Assembly (NCBI RefSeq): GCF_006345805.1
Contig: NW_021835320.1
Coordinates: forward strand, 1 to 40,908
DNA from: Octopus sinensis
Lineage: Eukaryota
DNA: 40,908 nt
Direction of reading: 5' to 3'
The position numbers were made by a program, and so were the translations under genes. Position 1 is the stretch's first letter. Each line of letters starts with the position of its first letter. Positions 1-13,300 of this stretch are shown here, piece by piece. The notes below the pieces were generated by a model, which ran no database searches, was not told the origin of the DNA, and saw only the letters and a program-made list of their open reading frames with translations.

Positions 1-280
1 GTGTGTTGTGGTGTGTGTGTGTCTGTGTGTGTGCATTATAATGGAATAATTACTATGAAGCATTGTGCAGAATATCTTGTATAATAGATCGTAGGTAAGG
101 CCAAAACAGTGCGAAGTAAACGCAAGGTAAATCACAAGTAAGCGTCGGAAACATTCGTCAATTTCTTGAAAACGGGGCCATAACCCCGAAATATTGAATA
201 CAAAGTAACTCTACATTAATTCACATATTTGTTTTCTTGTGATTTACCTTCTATTTACCTTCGCATTTACTTCCGCTCTT

Positions 281-314
<34 letters not shown>

Positions 315-325
315 ATATATGTTTG

Positions 326-420
326 CGTGTCTGTATTTGTCCCCCACACCGGTGTTGGTGTGTTCATGTTCCCCTAACGTAGCAGTTCGGCGAAAGAACA
401 GACCTGTAGAATAAGTACTA
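326..420 (+). mobile_element. SINE family A (tRNA/CORE-type) internal fragment
   Basis: Matches the post-microsatellite body of the full-length copy at 10511-10987 (tttgtcccc...ttagcagttcggcgaaag...agaataagtacta). Confidence 0.75.
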
Positions 421-424
421 AACA

Positions 425-583
425 GGCGACCCCTGTCGTACTCTTTCGCCACAACTTTCTCTCACACTTTCTTCCTATTTCTTGAGTAACGCTGCGATGG
501 ACTGTCGTCCCGTCCAGTTAGAGGGAACACATACACCACAGAAACCGGGAAACCGGACCCATGAGCCTGGCTAAGCTTGAAAA
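425..583 (+). mobile_element. SINE family C, variant 2, 3' half
   Basis: Aligns by eye to about 26410-26570 (gcgacccctgt...gtaacgctgcgatggactg...gaaaccgggaaaccgg...ggctaagcttgaaaa). Confidence 0.8.
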
Positions 584-972
584 TCCTATAAATATATTCT
601 CAGCCAGATTTATTCTTCCACACAAAAGTCTTAACAAACCATAACAATTAATCTCTGCTGTTTATCCTTTCCTACACATATTGATTATTTTTCTATTAAT
701 TTTCTTTTGACCATTGCTAGTATTTTATCTTAATTATCCAATATTCCAGAAGAGAATTGACATAACATACCTGATAATTTCTATATCTAATTTTTGTATC
801 GGATATTTTCCACATAACATTTTCATTAACAATTTTGATAAATCATCAACTACGTATTATCACAATATACTCACCCATACCATTATATAAATATACCTTC
901 TGCATATATTCAATTCTCTACCATATATATATATATATAATATATTTATATATATATATATATATGTATATA

Positions 973-1545
973 TGTTGCTACCCTCATTTGCACCTCTTGT
1001 CAGGAGGTAGGTTCATCTAGAATTCTCGACATGAAGAGGTCCAATTGTGATTTGAAAACACCTACATCCATTTTGTGTATGTCTCTCAGGCTCTTTGGGA
1101 GAATATTTTAAAGTTTTTGGCTCCTGAAACCTAGGCTGTTGAAGTAACTGGTCCTCATGCGCGATGGCATCTTTAGCACTGTGCAGTGTCAACTCGCTCT
1201 GTGTAGAGTTCTATGACAAAATTTGGCACAATTCCTTCCAGGATCTTCCGAATGTATAATACTACTGCATACATCTTCCGCCATCGCTCCAGGGAGAAGA
1301 TTCTTAGCTGTATCAGCCTTTCCCAGTAGCTGGGTTGTTGCAATCAGTCGATCTTCTTTATGAAGCTTCTCTGGATTGCTTCAAGGCCCGCTGTTCATTT
1401 TACACTGTTGGGTGACCATAGCTGCGAGCACGAATCCAGGCAACCGAGGAGGAATTTCCTCCAGAGGGTCCATCACGGTTTCCTTCTTTCTTTTTCTGAA
1501 CGTTATCAGGATCCATCCTGTGAATGCGCACTTGGAAAGAGGTAT
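973..1545 (-). mobile_element. CR1-clade LINE, degenerate C-terminal ORF2 fragment
   Basis: Frameshifted minus-strand translation gives GWILITFRKR / TLWRKFLLGCLDSCSQLWSPNSVK / LEAIQRSFIKKI / SYWERLIQLRIFSLERW, which are the post-RT motifs of CR1/L2 ORF2. Confidence 0.85.
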
Positions 1546-1811
1546 CATCACTCTTATACATATATATATATTTGTGTGTGTGTGCGTGCGTCTGTGTGTG
1601 CGTGTATGTGTGTGTGTGTGCGTGCGTGTGCGTGTGTATGTATGTGTGCTTCTAATCACAAGGGTCCTATGCAGATGTAAATGTGGGTACATATGTTTGC
1701 TATGCGAGTATACACTAACATACATAAGTTTCTTGATTATATATATATATACATGTGAATATGCATATTTTACGTATGCGAGTAGATCTATATCTTTCTC
1801 TCAAAAAACCT

Positions 1812-2033
1812 GAGGAATCTACACAAGGTGGATGTAGGTGTATTCAAATCACAACTGGACGTTTTCCTATCGAGAATCCCAGATGAACCTACCTAGTGGC
1901 AAGAGGTGCAAATGAGAGTAGGGACATCAAAATTCCTTATTCAACAAATGCTAAATATTAGAGAACGGTCTCAATAATAACGGTGCAGCAAAACGGCGGT
2001 CCCCAGCATGGCTGCAGCTTTGAGCTGAAACTA
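1812..2033 (+). mobile_element. CR1-clade LINE 3' end with 3'UTR (same family as 973-1545)
   Basis: Translates RNLHKVDVGVFKSQLDVFLSRIPDEPT. Shares gatgaacctacc...caagaggtgcaaatgag with 973-1100(-). Ends ggcggtccccagcatggctgcagctttgagctgaaacta. Confidence 0.8.
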
Positions 2034-2095
2034 TAATATAAGTACATATATATATATATATATATATGCATACTTACACACACACACGCACACAA

Positions 2096-2161
<66 letters not shown>

Positions 2162-2497
2162 GGAAGTATGCGCGCATAAATAATTATTTTATTCACTAGA
2201 TGTCTGAATAATTTCAGGATTGGTTAAATATTTCATTATCTTTTTTATTTTTTATGATAATCTAGAATTTTAGATAAATTAAATTTCACTGAATTTCATT
2301 TTATGATCAGTGACCAATATTATTCACTTCCTGACTCAATAAATATCATTTTATCTAGTACCATTATTATTATTTATGATAATCTAAAATTTTAGCTGTC
2401 ATAAATTTATTTCAATTATTCACATCCACAGAAATTTAACAGAAACTAAGTTATAAAGGGAAAACATATCATATGTATATATATATATATGTACGTG

Positions 2498-2560
<63 letters not shown>

Positions 2561-2679
2561 TGTATGTATGTATATGTGTATGTGTGTGTGTGTTTAGATA
2601 TATGTAGGTATTCGTGTATGTGAATATATATATATATATATGTATGTGCATGTGTTTGTACGAATATATATATACATTA

Positions 2680-3077
2680 ACTCTTCTTTTTCAGTCATTT
2701 GCCTACAGCAATGCTGGGGCACCGCCCTAAGTAGAAATTTTTAACTCCGGGCTTTGTCTTTGTAAAACGTGTACTTATTCTATCAGTACCTTTTGCTGAA
2801 CCGTTAAGGTACGGAGACGTAAACACACCACCTTCGGTTGTCAAACGATGGTGGAGGACAGACATAGATACACACACGCACACACACACATCAATATATA
2901 TATATATATATATATATATACGATAGGCTTCTTTCAGGTTCCGTCTGCCAAATCCACTCACAAGAGTTTGGTCGGCCAGAGGCTATAGCAGAAGAGAGTG
3001 CCGAAGGTGCCCCGGGACTGAACCGGGAACCATGTGGTTAGTAAGCAAGCTACGTACCACACAGCCACACCTGCGCC
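2680..3077 (-). mobile_element. SINE family A, near full length, diverged
   Basis: tRNA-like head (ggcgcaggtgtggctgtgtggta...ggttcagtcc), CORE-like segment, internal (TA)n/(TG)n, and tail ...gactgaaa. Confidence 0.85.
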
Positions 3078-3120
3078 TATATATACATATATATATATAT
3101 ATATTATATATATATAAATA

Positions 3121-3330
3121 TACTCTTTACTCTTTTACTCTCATTTACTTGTTTCAGTCATTTGACTGTGACCATGCTGGAGCACCGCTTTAGTCGAGCT
3201 AATCGACCCCAGGACTTATTCTTCGTAAGCCTAGTACTTATTCTATCGGTCTCATTTGCCGAACCGCTAAGTTTCTGGGATGTAAACGCACCAGCATCCG
3301 TTGACAAGCGATGTTTGGTGACAAACATAG

Positions 3331-3379
<49 letters not shown>

Positions 3380-3455
3380 AATATATATACATATACATAT
3401 ATACGACAGGCTTCTTTCAGTTTCCGTCTACCAAATCCACTCACAAGGCTTTGGT
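3121..3455 (-). mobile_element. SINE family A, 5'-truncated
   Basis: Intact 3' tail with (gagtaaaa)n; homology stops at 3455 within the CORE region. Confidence 0.85.
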
Positions 3456-3477
3456 TCTCCACTAGCAATTCATCAGG

Positions 3478-3862
3478 CAAACAAGGACAAACAAACGGAT
3501 TAAGTCGATTACATCGACCCCAGTGAGTAACTGGTACTTAATTTATCGACCCCCAAAGGATGAAAGGCAAAGTCGACCTCCGCGGAATTTGAACTCAGAA
3601 CGTAACGACAGACGAAATACCTATTTCTTTACTACCCACAAGTGGCTAAACACAGAGAGGACAAACAAGGACAAACAAGGACAAACAAACGGATTAAGTC
3701 GATTACATCGACACCAGTGTGTAACTGGTACTTAACTTATCGATCCCGAAAGGATGAAAGGCAAAGTCGACCTCGACCGAATTTGAACTGAATACCTAAG
3801 GGCAGACAAAATACGGCTACGCATTTCGCCCGGCGTGCTAACGCTTCTGCCAGCTCGCCGCC
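3478..3862 (-). mobile_element. SINE family B, head plus tandemly duplicated 194-bp body
   Basis: Head ggcggcgagctggcag at 3862. The body repeats with a 194-bp period (ggattaagtcgattacatcgac at 3497 and 3691). Confidence 0.85.
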
Positions 3863-4694
3863 TTACACACGCACATATATCACCTTCAGATGAATTTTGC
3901 GTGCAATACTTCATGCGATTGACTATATACATGACAATATCCGTAGCGGCCATCTTAGCACTTGACTGTAATTTTTTGTACCGTTTCCTCACTTTGCGAA
4001 GCTAAAAACACTCTCGTCGCAAACTCTGCGCTATTTCAATTGATTTTTATAACGACTTCAGTAAGATACACAAATTAAAGACGTGTTCTTCGTTTTTCAT
4101 TTCATTTATTAACAACTTTATTAAATTAATCCGCTTGTAATCCATGTCAATTCTAGGGTAAAGATTCTGACATAAAACAGAGAGAAATACTTGACATCGT
4201 AATCCGATTGCTTGCATAAATTTTATTAGTTCGTCATGAATTATTCGAAATTCATTAAACACGTTCTATGAAGTATTCTCTCTTTCGGGTAGTTCTTGTA
4301 TCAGATATTTGAAATTTTAATGGACTTTTCAATAATTTACGGTAATAAATATAGAATCAACTGATTACATTCCATTTGATGGCAACAAAATTTAATCATT
4401 AATTTGTTGGGTTTTTTTTTATCTCATGCAGTAGCCGTCTTCGTTATCAGAAAGCTTGTATGAGTGTTGTGCGTGAGTTGCTTTTAATGCTAAGATTAAT
4501 TTTTATAATGAATAAAATTATTCTTTTACCTTTCAAGATTGCGGTCATACTGGAGTATAGCCTTCGAGGCTGACTGTCAAACACTATCAATCCTATACTC
4601 GCTTCGGAATATTGTATTTTAACATCGGTTTTTATTAATTTAACGGTAAATATAGAGTACATTAATATGCATATTATAAACACATACAGATAAG

Positions 4695-5140
4695 CAAAGG
4701 AGTGGGTGTGTGTAAGTAGTTTGGTTACCAACCACTTGGTTCCGGGTTCAGTCCCACTGCGTGGCACCTTGGGCAAGTGTCTTTTATTATAACCTTGGAC
4801 TGGACAAAGCCTTGTGAGTGTATTTGGTAGACTGAAACTTACAAAAACCTGCCGTATATAAATATATATATATTATATATATATATAATATATATATATA
4901 TAATATATATATATATATAATATATATATATATATATACATATGTGTGTGTGTGTTCGTGTGAATATGTTTGTCCCACAAGGAACACGCTTTACACCCGA
5001 TGTTAGTGCGTTTATGTCCCCGTTACTTAGCAGTTCATTAAAAGAGTAGAATAAGTACTAGGCTTATAAAGAATAAGTCCTAGGATCGATTCATTCGACT
5101 AACGGCGAATGACTGAAACAAGTAATAGAACAAGAGAATA
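4695..5140 (+). mobile_element. SINE family A, near full length
   Basis: A/B-box head (tgggtgtgtgtaag...ggttcagtccc), CORE-like ccttgggcaagtgtctt, internal (TA)n, tail gaatgactgaaacaagta. Confidence 0.85.
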
Positions 5141-5626
5141 ACAGAATACACGCATACACAAACACACACCTATTTGTATGCATGTATGTATGTTTGTATA
5201 AGATGTAAGTGTGTCTGTATATTTTTACGACGCGTGTGACAAAACTTCGGAGTGCTCTCCTGAAAGCTTTTGTAGAATTATATAAACGCCCGACTAAATC
5301 CTAACAAACCGATATTTTGAAGTTACTAACACCAATCTTCTAAAGCTACAATAACTATATATACTAGAAAATGTCCTTCGGGTATTTCTTCAGTTTAATG
5401 TAAATCTGTGTTTATTTAACTCTATATAAACATAAATATTAAGATTTATGTATTAATATTAATGCTTGCTTATTTATATAAATTTGTATAAAAATATGAG
5501 CATTTATTTGAAGGATCACTGAATATTTTTTGATAGAATATACGTATTTATTAATTTTTACAAGGAAAAAGTTGACATTGACTTGTAAATTTTGACTATC
5601 TGACTGCTGTTTACTTTGGTTTCCTA

Positions 5627-6230
<604 letters not shown>

Positions 6231-6249
6231 GTAAATCCAAAAAGAACAA

Positions 6250-6252
6250 ACA

Positions 6253-6291
<39 letters not shown>

Positions 6292-6627
6292 TTTTTTTTC
6301 TTCTTTCAAATTTGCTTCCATTTCTTGCCGAGTGTCTTCCCGACTCCTAGGGCAAATAAACTTATAGTATACATTGGTAGGTCATTAAACTAAACTCAAT
6401 AGTTCGTTCATTTTTTTTTAAGTTAAATTAAAATACATGGGTAGTAATAATTCTCACATCGACATTATTATTATTATTTTTATTATTATTATTATCATTA
6501 TTATTATTATTAATCACTACGCCATATGCCCACGGACATATGACCTAGTGGTATAGAGCGCGGGCTACTAACCCCAAGATTCCGAGTTCGATTTCAGGCA
6601 GGTACCTGAATAATAATAATAATAATA

Positions 6628-6676
<49 letters not shown>

Positions 6677-6840
6677 TATATCGAAAATTACTTTAGCAAT
6701 GAGAACACAGGTTCGAAATATCCCCAACAACCCTGATGAAGGCTGGAAGGTATATCAGCCAAAGTGTTGTGTTAACAACAAACAAGATGAGGACAAATAT
6801 CCGTCGAATGTAAATAGTGTAAATAATGGAGAAAATAAAA
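6250..6840 (+). mobile_element. Composite non-autonomous element: (ATT)n, conserved core, palindrome, tRNA-like head, (AAT)n, degenerate hammerhead
   Basis: 52-nt core 6298-6349 recurs inverted at 39581-39632. Palindrome arms 6515-6528/6537-6550, A-box-like 6541-6551, B-box-like 6584-6595, hammerhead-like motif 6726-6773. Confidence 0.6.
6726..6773 (+). ncRNA. Degenerate minimal type I hammerhead ribozyme motif
   Basis: CTGATGA-A-GGCTG(loop)CAGCC-AAAGT-GTT-GTGTT. The expected GAAAC reads AAAGT. Confidence 0.55.
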
Positions 6841-7602
6841 ATGGTAAAGAATTAGTTTACTCAGGCTTCTTTTCAATTTTCAATTACAACAGGGTGTGAT
6901 ATATGAAGATTTTGGCTGTTATATTTAGTCAGATTAAAATCTCCAGTTAGCATCGTTGTTCTTAACTCTAATGCTTATATGTTATAGAAACTCGGTAGGA
7001 AACAATATTTTGACATTTATAATACATGAAATATTTAATATGAAACGTCCTCCATTTTGTCCTTTGAAGTCTGGTAGAACATTCTAGACTAGAAGTTGAT
7101 TTAAAGATGCGGTTGACGTGTTCACTCAATTTGATTTGGACAAGGTAATTTAATTGCATATTTATTTTCACTGTTATCTACTACATACAGATAGCATGTA
7201 TACAAGTCGCTATGTCCTTAATATCATTTAATAAATGATGTACGCCTTGGCCACCAAATAGAATGAAATTTCGGTTTCTTATGCTGCAACAAATAACATT
7301 CAAACTCTTTGAAATCGCGTCTAATTTGTTTTAAATTTATTATGAACAACACAGAAAAGGTAGTATGAGATAAATTTCTTCTGAACAAAGGGGGAAAAAA
7401 CGAAATTATAACTCTAGAATACTTGTTAGATATTTTCTCCATCCGGGATTTGTCGAACTCAAAAAGACTAGAAACAAGTGTCAAATTTCAGCCCCATATT
7501 CTAAATAACTGAATAACAGGCTTTCCATTGGATGCTTTGCTTTAACAAACCCTTGGAATTTGACAGTAATAACTAATAATTTAGTCGATATGGTTTGCTA
7601 GT

Positions 7603-7985
7603 CGTGGAGGCGCAATGGCTCAGTGGTTAGGGCAGCGGACTCGCGGTCGTAGGATCGTGGTTTCGATTCCCAGACCGGGCGTTGTGAGTGTTTATTGAGC
7701 TAAAACACCTAAAGTTCCACGAGGCTCCAGCAGGGATGTTGGTGATCCCTGCTGTACTCTTTTACCACAACTTTCTCTCACTCTTACGTCCTGTTTCTGT
7801 TGTACCTGTATTTCAAAGGGCCGGCCTTATCACTCTCTGTGTCACGCTGAATATCCCCGAGAACTACGTTAAGGGTACACGTGTCTGTGGAGTGCTCAGC
7901 CACTTACACGTTAATTTCACGAGCAGGCTGTTCCGTTGATCGGATCAACCGGAACCCTCGTCGTCGTAACCGACGGAGTGCTTCC
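7603..7985 (+). mobile_element. SINE family C, variant 1, full length with 13-bp TSD
   Basis: A box tggctcagtgg and B box gtttcgattcc. TSD atggtttgctagt at 7590-7602 and 7986-7998. Confidence 0.9.
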
Positions 7986-9049
7986 ATGGTTTGCTAGTAT
8001 TAAATAAAAGTTGTGTTTCGTTTGGCTTACTCGAATTCGAAATTAAATTAAATAAAATTCTGTACCAGTAATATACGTCGAAGAAATGAACTGTTTATAT
8101 TAAACACTTGAAAAGTGTTTAGTATACACTTCTTTTCGTCGGCATTTTTCTTCTGTTGAAGATAGAATATACCTGTTAGCAAAATTCTCCGTTTAAGTTA
8201 TAATGAAGATCTATATTTCCACCTCCCTCCAGTTTCCTTCTTCCAGTTCTCTTACATCGAATATTACGTTATTTTTTCAGTCAAAAATTCTAAATAGAAA
8301 TTTAATATCGTTAAAATGAAAATGTTTTGAATTCCATTTTCTGTTCTTCTTAATGTTAAGATATTTTGTTTCTATTTTATCCATGAAATTTTATATTAAT
8401 AAAAAGATACAATTAAAACCACTCTATTTCTTATTTCCTTTATTCGTTTTTGCTCAATATGACAATTTCAATATTCCACACGTTTCTCTGCTTCTACATA
8501 AAATGCGTATTCAAATGAAACGTTTACAATATATTTCAACAACGATTTAAGCTTTATTTTTATTGTATTGTGGTTTCGGCGGACATTTCTATTAGATATA
8601 TTGTTGGCCAACGCAAAATATTTTCTCTTTTCTACAATGATTTCAGATAGACATATTTGTCAGCTTACAGACAGAAAGAAGAAGATACCAATACAGAGAT
8701 ATTAAGTGATAAATGATGTGTTCTGTCAAGATATATTCGGAAGTAGCAGATCTGATGCGTATGGCGCAGTGATGTAAGCAACGTCTGTACATGCTACAGT
8801 TACTAGCAATCGGAATTACTCGTAAGAGTAGTAATCAAAATTGCAATGTCAGCCATATTCATGAGACCATTGCTACAGTAACGAGAGCATAATATTGGTG
8901 TAGTTTTGTAATTGCCGTATAGTCGAACTAATTGACACGGAGATAGAAACGAAGTGTTGCAATAGAAAATAAGTATATTTTATACAGTTTTATGTAAAAC
9001 TCAGACATGATTTACAGAGAACAATACTTAGAGATCACTGTGAATTAAA

Positions 9050-9143
9050 TCTCTCCATATATAAACGGCAAAATGTCTGTCTGTGTGTATGTATCCTTTA
9101 TACAAATCCACAATTTTTCAGGTAGAGGGCTCGCACTTTCTAA
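9050..9143 (+). mobile_element. Possible Helitron-type 5' terminus (truncated)
   Basis: A|TC start followed by TCTCCATATATAAA and a short tg repeat, resembling non-autonomous Helitron 5' ends. No 3' hairpin/CTAG end was found. Confidence 0.35.
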
Positions 9144-9147
9144 TTTT

Positions 9148-9348
9148 GCACAAGGCCAGCAATTTTAGAGGAGATAATCGATTACGTCGACACCAATGTT
9201 CAACTGCTGCTTATTTTATCGATCATCAAATGATGAAAGACAAATTAAATTTCGACGGAATTTCAGCTCAAAATGTAGAGAGTCTAAATAAATACTGCTA
9301 ATCATTTTTCCCGTCGCACCAAATGGTTCTGCTAGCTCTCAGCCTTAG
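9148..9348 (-). mobile_element. SINE family B, old diverged copy
   Basis: Similar to the 27500-27933 units (cacaaggc...atcgattacgtcgac...ttattttatcgat...gatgaaag...gacggaatt...ctgctagctc...gcctta). Confidence 0.7.
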
Positions 9349-10510
9349 AAGGAATAAAATATTAAAACGAAAGAAACGTTAAAGCGCCTGATGTTCAATA
9401 AGTCAGCATAGAATCAGCTACGCCAAATAAGTGGCGCCACAACGACTGTGCCAAAACGACTCATACCGCACGGCATTGCCAGCGAATCACAGCAATCAAA
9501 ACCGCCGAGCTTTTCCTTAGATAACTAACTGTATTTTGGAGGTGGAAGGCTTGCATGAGTGGACAATTGCTAGTCTTTGTCTAAATATCTTGCCAAGGAC
9601 TATGCACAGAAATGAATATGCAAGGATAATCTTAACCGTTAAAGGTCTGATCTGTTTAATATCAGTGAAAAATCAGAGAGAGGGAAAGGGTAAAACAGCA
9701 ACGCACATGAGAAAGTCCATCGACTGCGATGTTCACTTCTCTAGGATTACATTTGCGCATACATTACAGAAATCTTATTTATCAAGAATATTTCGAGATA
9801 ATACGATTATAATTTTTGAACTATTAATCTCATTTTTAGAGTTTCACAATTTTTTTGTTGTTGTTGTTTTCAAAGATATTTATATTTTTACTAAGTTTGA
9901 TATCTGATCCTCCGGGATATCTTTACATCTAAAAATAAGACAATTCTATCAGAGATCAAACTCATTGATATCTAGTGCAAATAATATCATCTGAAAAGCT
10001 AAGCTTAATAATCTGAAATGTCATAATCATATTAGCAAAAAAACTTCTCTGAGACTTTTCAGATATTCAGTTATAACAAAACAAATAATTATTAGATTAT
10101 CGTCTTTTCTTAAATATGATACAAATAGAGAAATGCGTTTATGAATGATGGCATTCAATGGTTAGAAACGCTACTCGACATGGTATTCATTCACCCAGCG
10201 CTAGATTAACCATGAAGCAAAATAAGCAGGTGCTGCGGGCATCAATGGAAGTTGGGAGCACAACAGAAATGGTAAATGGATTACGGTACAAAAGAAATCA
10301 CTTTAAACTTGCTAAAATAATATTCGGGATACTTTTATCTCTATTAAGTATAGATGCAGATGTGTTACCTAAAATTAATTTTGAGGAGGAAACTTTTCAA
10401 ATACAAATAAAGTGGAAGTAGAAAAATTAAACATTATTTTCGCCTCTTACTGTTTTGTTTCGTTTTGAAACATAGGGCATCAATGGGTGTTAATCCGACC
10501 CGCCCTCATC

Positions 10511-10750
10511 TCTTTTACTCTTTTACTCTTTTACTTGTTTCAGTCATTTGACTGCGGCCATGCTGGAGCACCGCCTTTAATCGAGCAACTCAACCCCGGG
10601 ACTTATTCATTTTGTAAGCCCAGTACTTATTCTATCGGTCCCTTTTGCCGAACTGCTAAGTAACGGGGACATAAACACCAGCATCGGTTGTCAAGCAATG
10701 CTAGGGGGACAAACACAGACACACAAACACACACACGCACATATATATAT

Positions 10751-10825
<75 letters not shown>

Positions 10826-10987
10826 GACGGGCTTCTTTCAGTTTCCATCTACCAAATCCACTTATAAGGCTTTGGTCGGACCGAGGCTATAGCAGAAGAC
10901 ACTTGCCCAGGGTGCCACGCAGTGGGACTGAACCCGGAACCATGGGGTTGGTAAACAAGCTACTTACCACACAGCCACCCCTGCGCC
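10511..10987 (-). mobile_element. SINE family A, full length (tRNA head, CORE-like domain, internal microsatellite, LINE-like tail)
   Basis: Reverse complement begins ggcgcaggggtggctgtgtggtaagtagc...ggttcagtcccactgcgtggcaccctgggcaagtgtctt and ends ggcggtgctccagcatggccgcagtcaaatgactgaaacaag(taaaagag)n. Confidence 0.92.
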
Positions 10988-10991
10988 TATA

Positions 10992-11025
<34 letters not shown>

Positions 11026-11366
11026 CATAAGCATATAATAACAGTAGGCAGTAATACTTTCTCTCATACGTACCCGTTATGTTACTGAAATAATTGTGAC
11101 TTGTAATGTAGACAGAAATATCTTCAAATTTGGAAAAATGCGTAATTGCGTATACTCAGTTAGAAAAGTCCAGTATTTCCTTGCTACTTTGCTTGTCGAG
11201 CAAAGAATAATGATGCCTGTCAACATTGTAGGCATTTCAATTGGAAATCGAAACCGGTGTAAATAGTTACTATATATATAATTTCTTAAGGTTTTACTAT
11301 ATTTCTTTCTATATATATAATTTCTTATATATAATTTCTTACTATATATATAATTTCTTAACATAA

Positions 11367-11597
11367 GGCGGCGAGCTGGCAGACACGTTAGCGCGCCGGG
11401 CGGAATGCTTAGCGGTATTTCGTCTGTCGTTACGTTCTGAGTTCAAATTCCGCCGAGGTCGACTTTGCCTTTCATCCTTTCCGGGTCGATAAATAAAAGT
11501 ACTAGTTTCGCACTGGAGTCGATGTAATCGACTTAATCCCTTTGTCTGTCCTTGTTTGTCCTCTCTATGTTTAGCCCGTTGTGGGCAATAAAGAAAT
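11367..11597 (+). mobile_element. SINE family B monomer with TSD
   Basis: Head ggcggcgagctggcag, B-box-like gagttcaaattcc. Flanked by tatatatataatttctta at 11343-11360 and 11599-11616. Confidence 0.9.
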
Positions 11598-12241
11598 ATA
11601 TATATATAATTTCTTACTCGATGCACCGATTCGTCTCATCTGGAGTCATTTTCAGTTAAATAATATTAGTTCTTAATTTCGGCACCCAATTTCAGGGCAT
11701 GGAATTATTGATTGGCAAGTTATTATTTCATTTTGTTCGGAAGGGTGTAAATCCAAATAGAACTTGAAAGGGATTTAGAATTAGAAGGTATGACAAAGAA
11801 TCGACGAATAACGGCTTGCATTTTGATTATTTGTTCATGGATTTCGCTAATCCACTGACTCAATATCTACAACAGTATCTACAAGAAAGTTGATAAGTGT
11901 AAGAAAACAGAAAAGTAAAGAGAATGCATAGGAAACACATATAAAATCCGAGCGAAAGAATTAAACGTTACAATATAATACATATCGAGGTCATAAAAGT
12001 GAAAAATAGACACAATGCGATATTTAGAGTAGCAATTTAAACAATAGTGACATTGGTGTAAAAGCGACTTATTTGAAAGGAAATAAATATTTAGTACACG
12101 ACGGTGGATTACGGCCGCTAGCTGAGAAGAGAAGGAAATTATGTAATCAAAGAATGAAATATTAGCGAATGGTAAGTCGGATGAAGCAACTAGGAAATAC
12201 GTCATTTCTTGCGAAGACGCCACTATATAAATTGTACATGC

Positions 12242-12690
<449 letters not shown>

Positions 12691-13300
12691 AGGGGGGTGT
12701 TTCATCGATATTAATTTTATGATCTATTTGGAAGGGAAAGGAGATATCTGCGTAGAAACTGTTCTCTCCAACTGTTTCCTGGTCACACGTATACGTACGT
12801 CAGCTCAAGTTTATATTAAACAACGCATATAATGTCGTAAGAAAGTATTCAGTTTCTATCTACAGATACACGTTTATACTTCTATTAAACCGTTTTATTA
12901 CTCTGCGTTATATTTGCTATTCCAGTTATGGCTGTTTCTATATCTGGGAACAAATAGGAAACTGAATCTGGCAAGCTTCCACATCCATTGGCTTTTGCTT
13001 TAGGAAACGTAATCTTTATCAGTTGTCGAAATTCTTTTGAAATTATTTCGCTAAAGAATGATTGAATAAAATGCTATAGTGAGACGATTTTACCGGAAAT
13101 TCATGAACCAAATTCTAGAAATAAATCAAAACCCGATACAAAAGACTTTTCTTATTTTATTATTTATTTATATTTCATATATAATGCTGGGAAAACGACA
13201 GCGTAGTACATCTTGATTTCTTTTAAAGCGACAAGAAGATGCGTGTGGTTTTGTTAATTGTTTATCAGGGCAATATAATAACGATCGTACATTTTCCTAG

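Noticed and set aside
7107-7144. EF-hand-like micro-exon (AVDVFTQFDLDK)
   Set aside because: Weak AAG acceptor, an in-frame stop just upstream, and no partner exon found.
7603-7680. Functional tRNA genes at SINE heads (also 26271, 35927, 10987, 6541)
   Set aside because: A/B boxes are present, but the heads run into SINE bodies with TSDs or tails, and no complete cloverleaf could be supported.
11225-11262. Hammerhead-like ATTTC/GAAAT stem followed by GAAACCGGT
   Set aside because: The 5' core reads TTGTAGG and the cleavage triplet would be GUG, so it is too degenerate to call.
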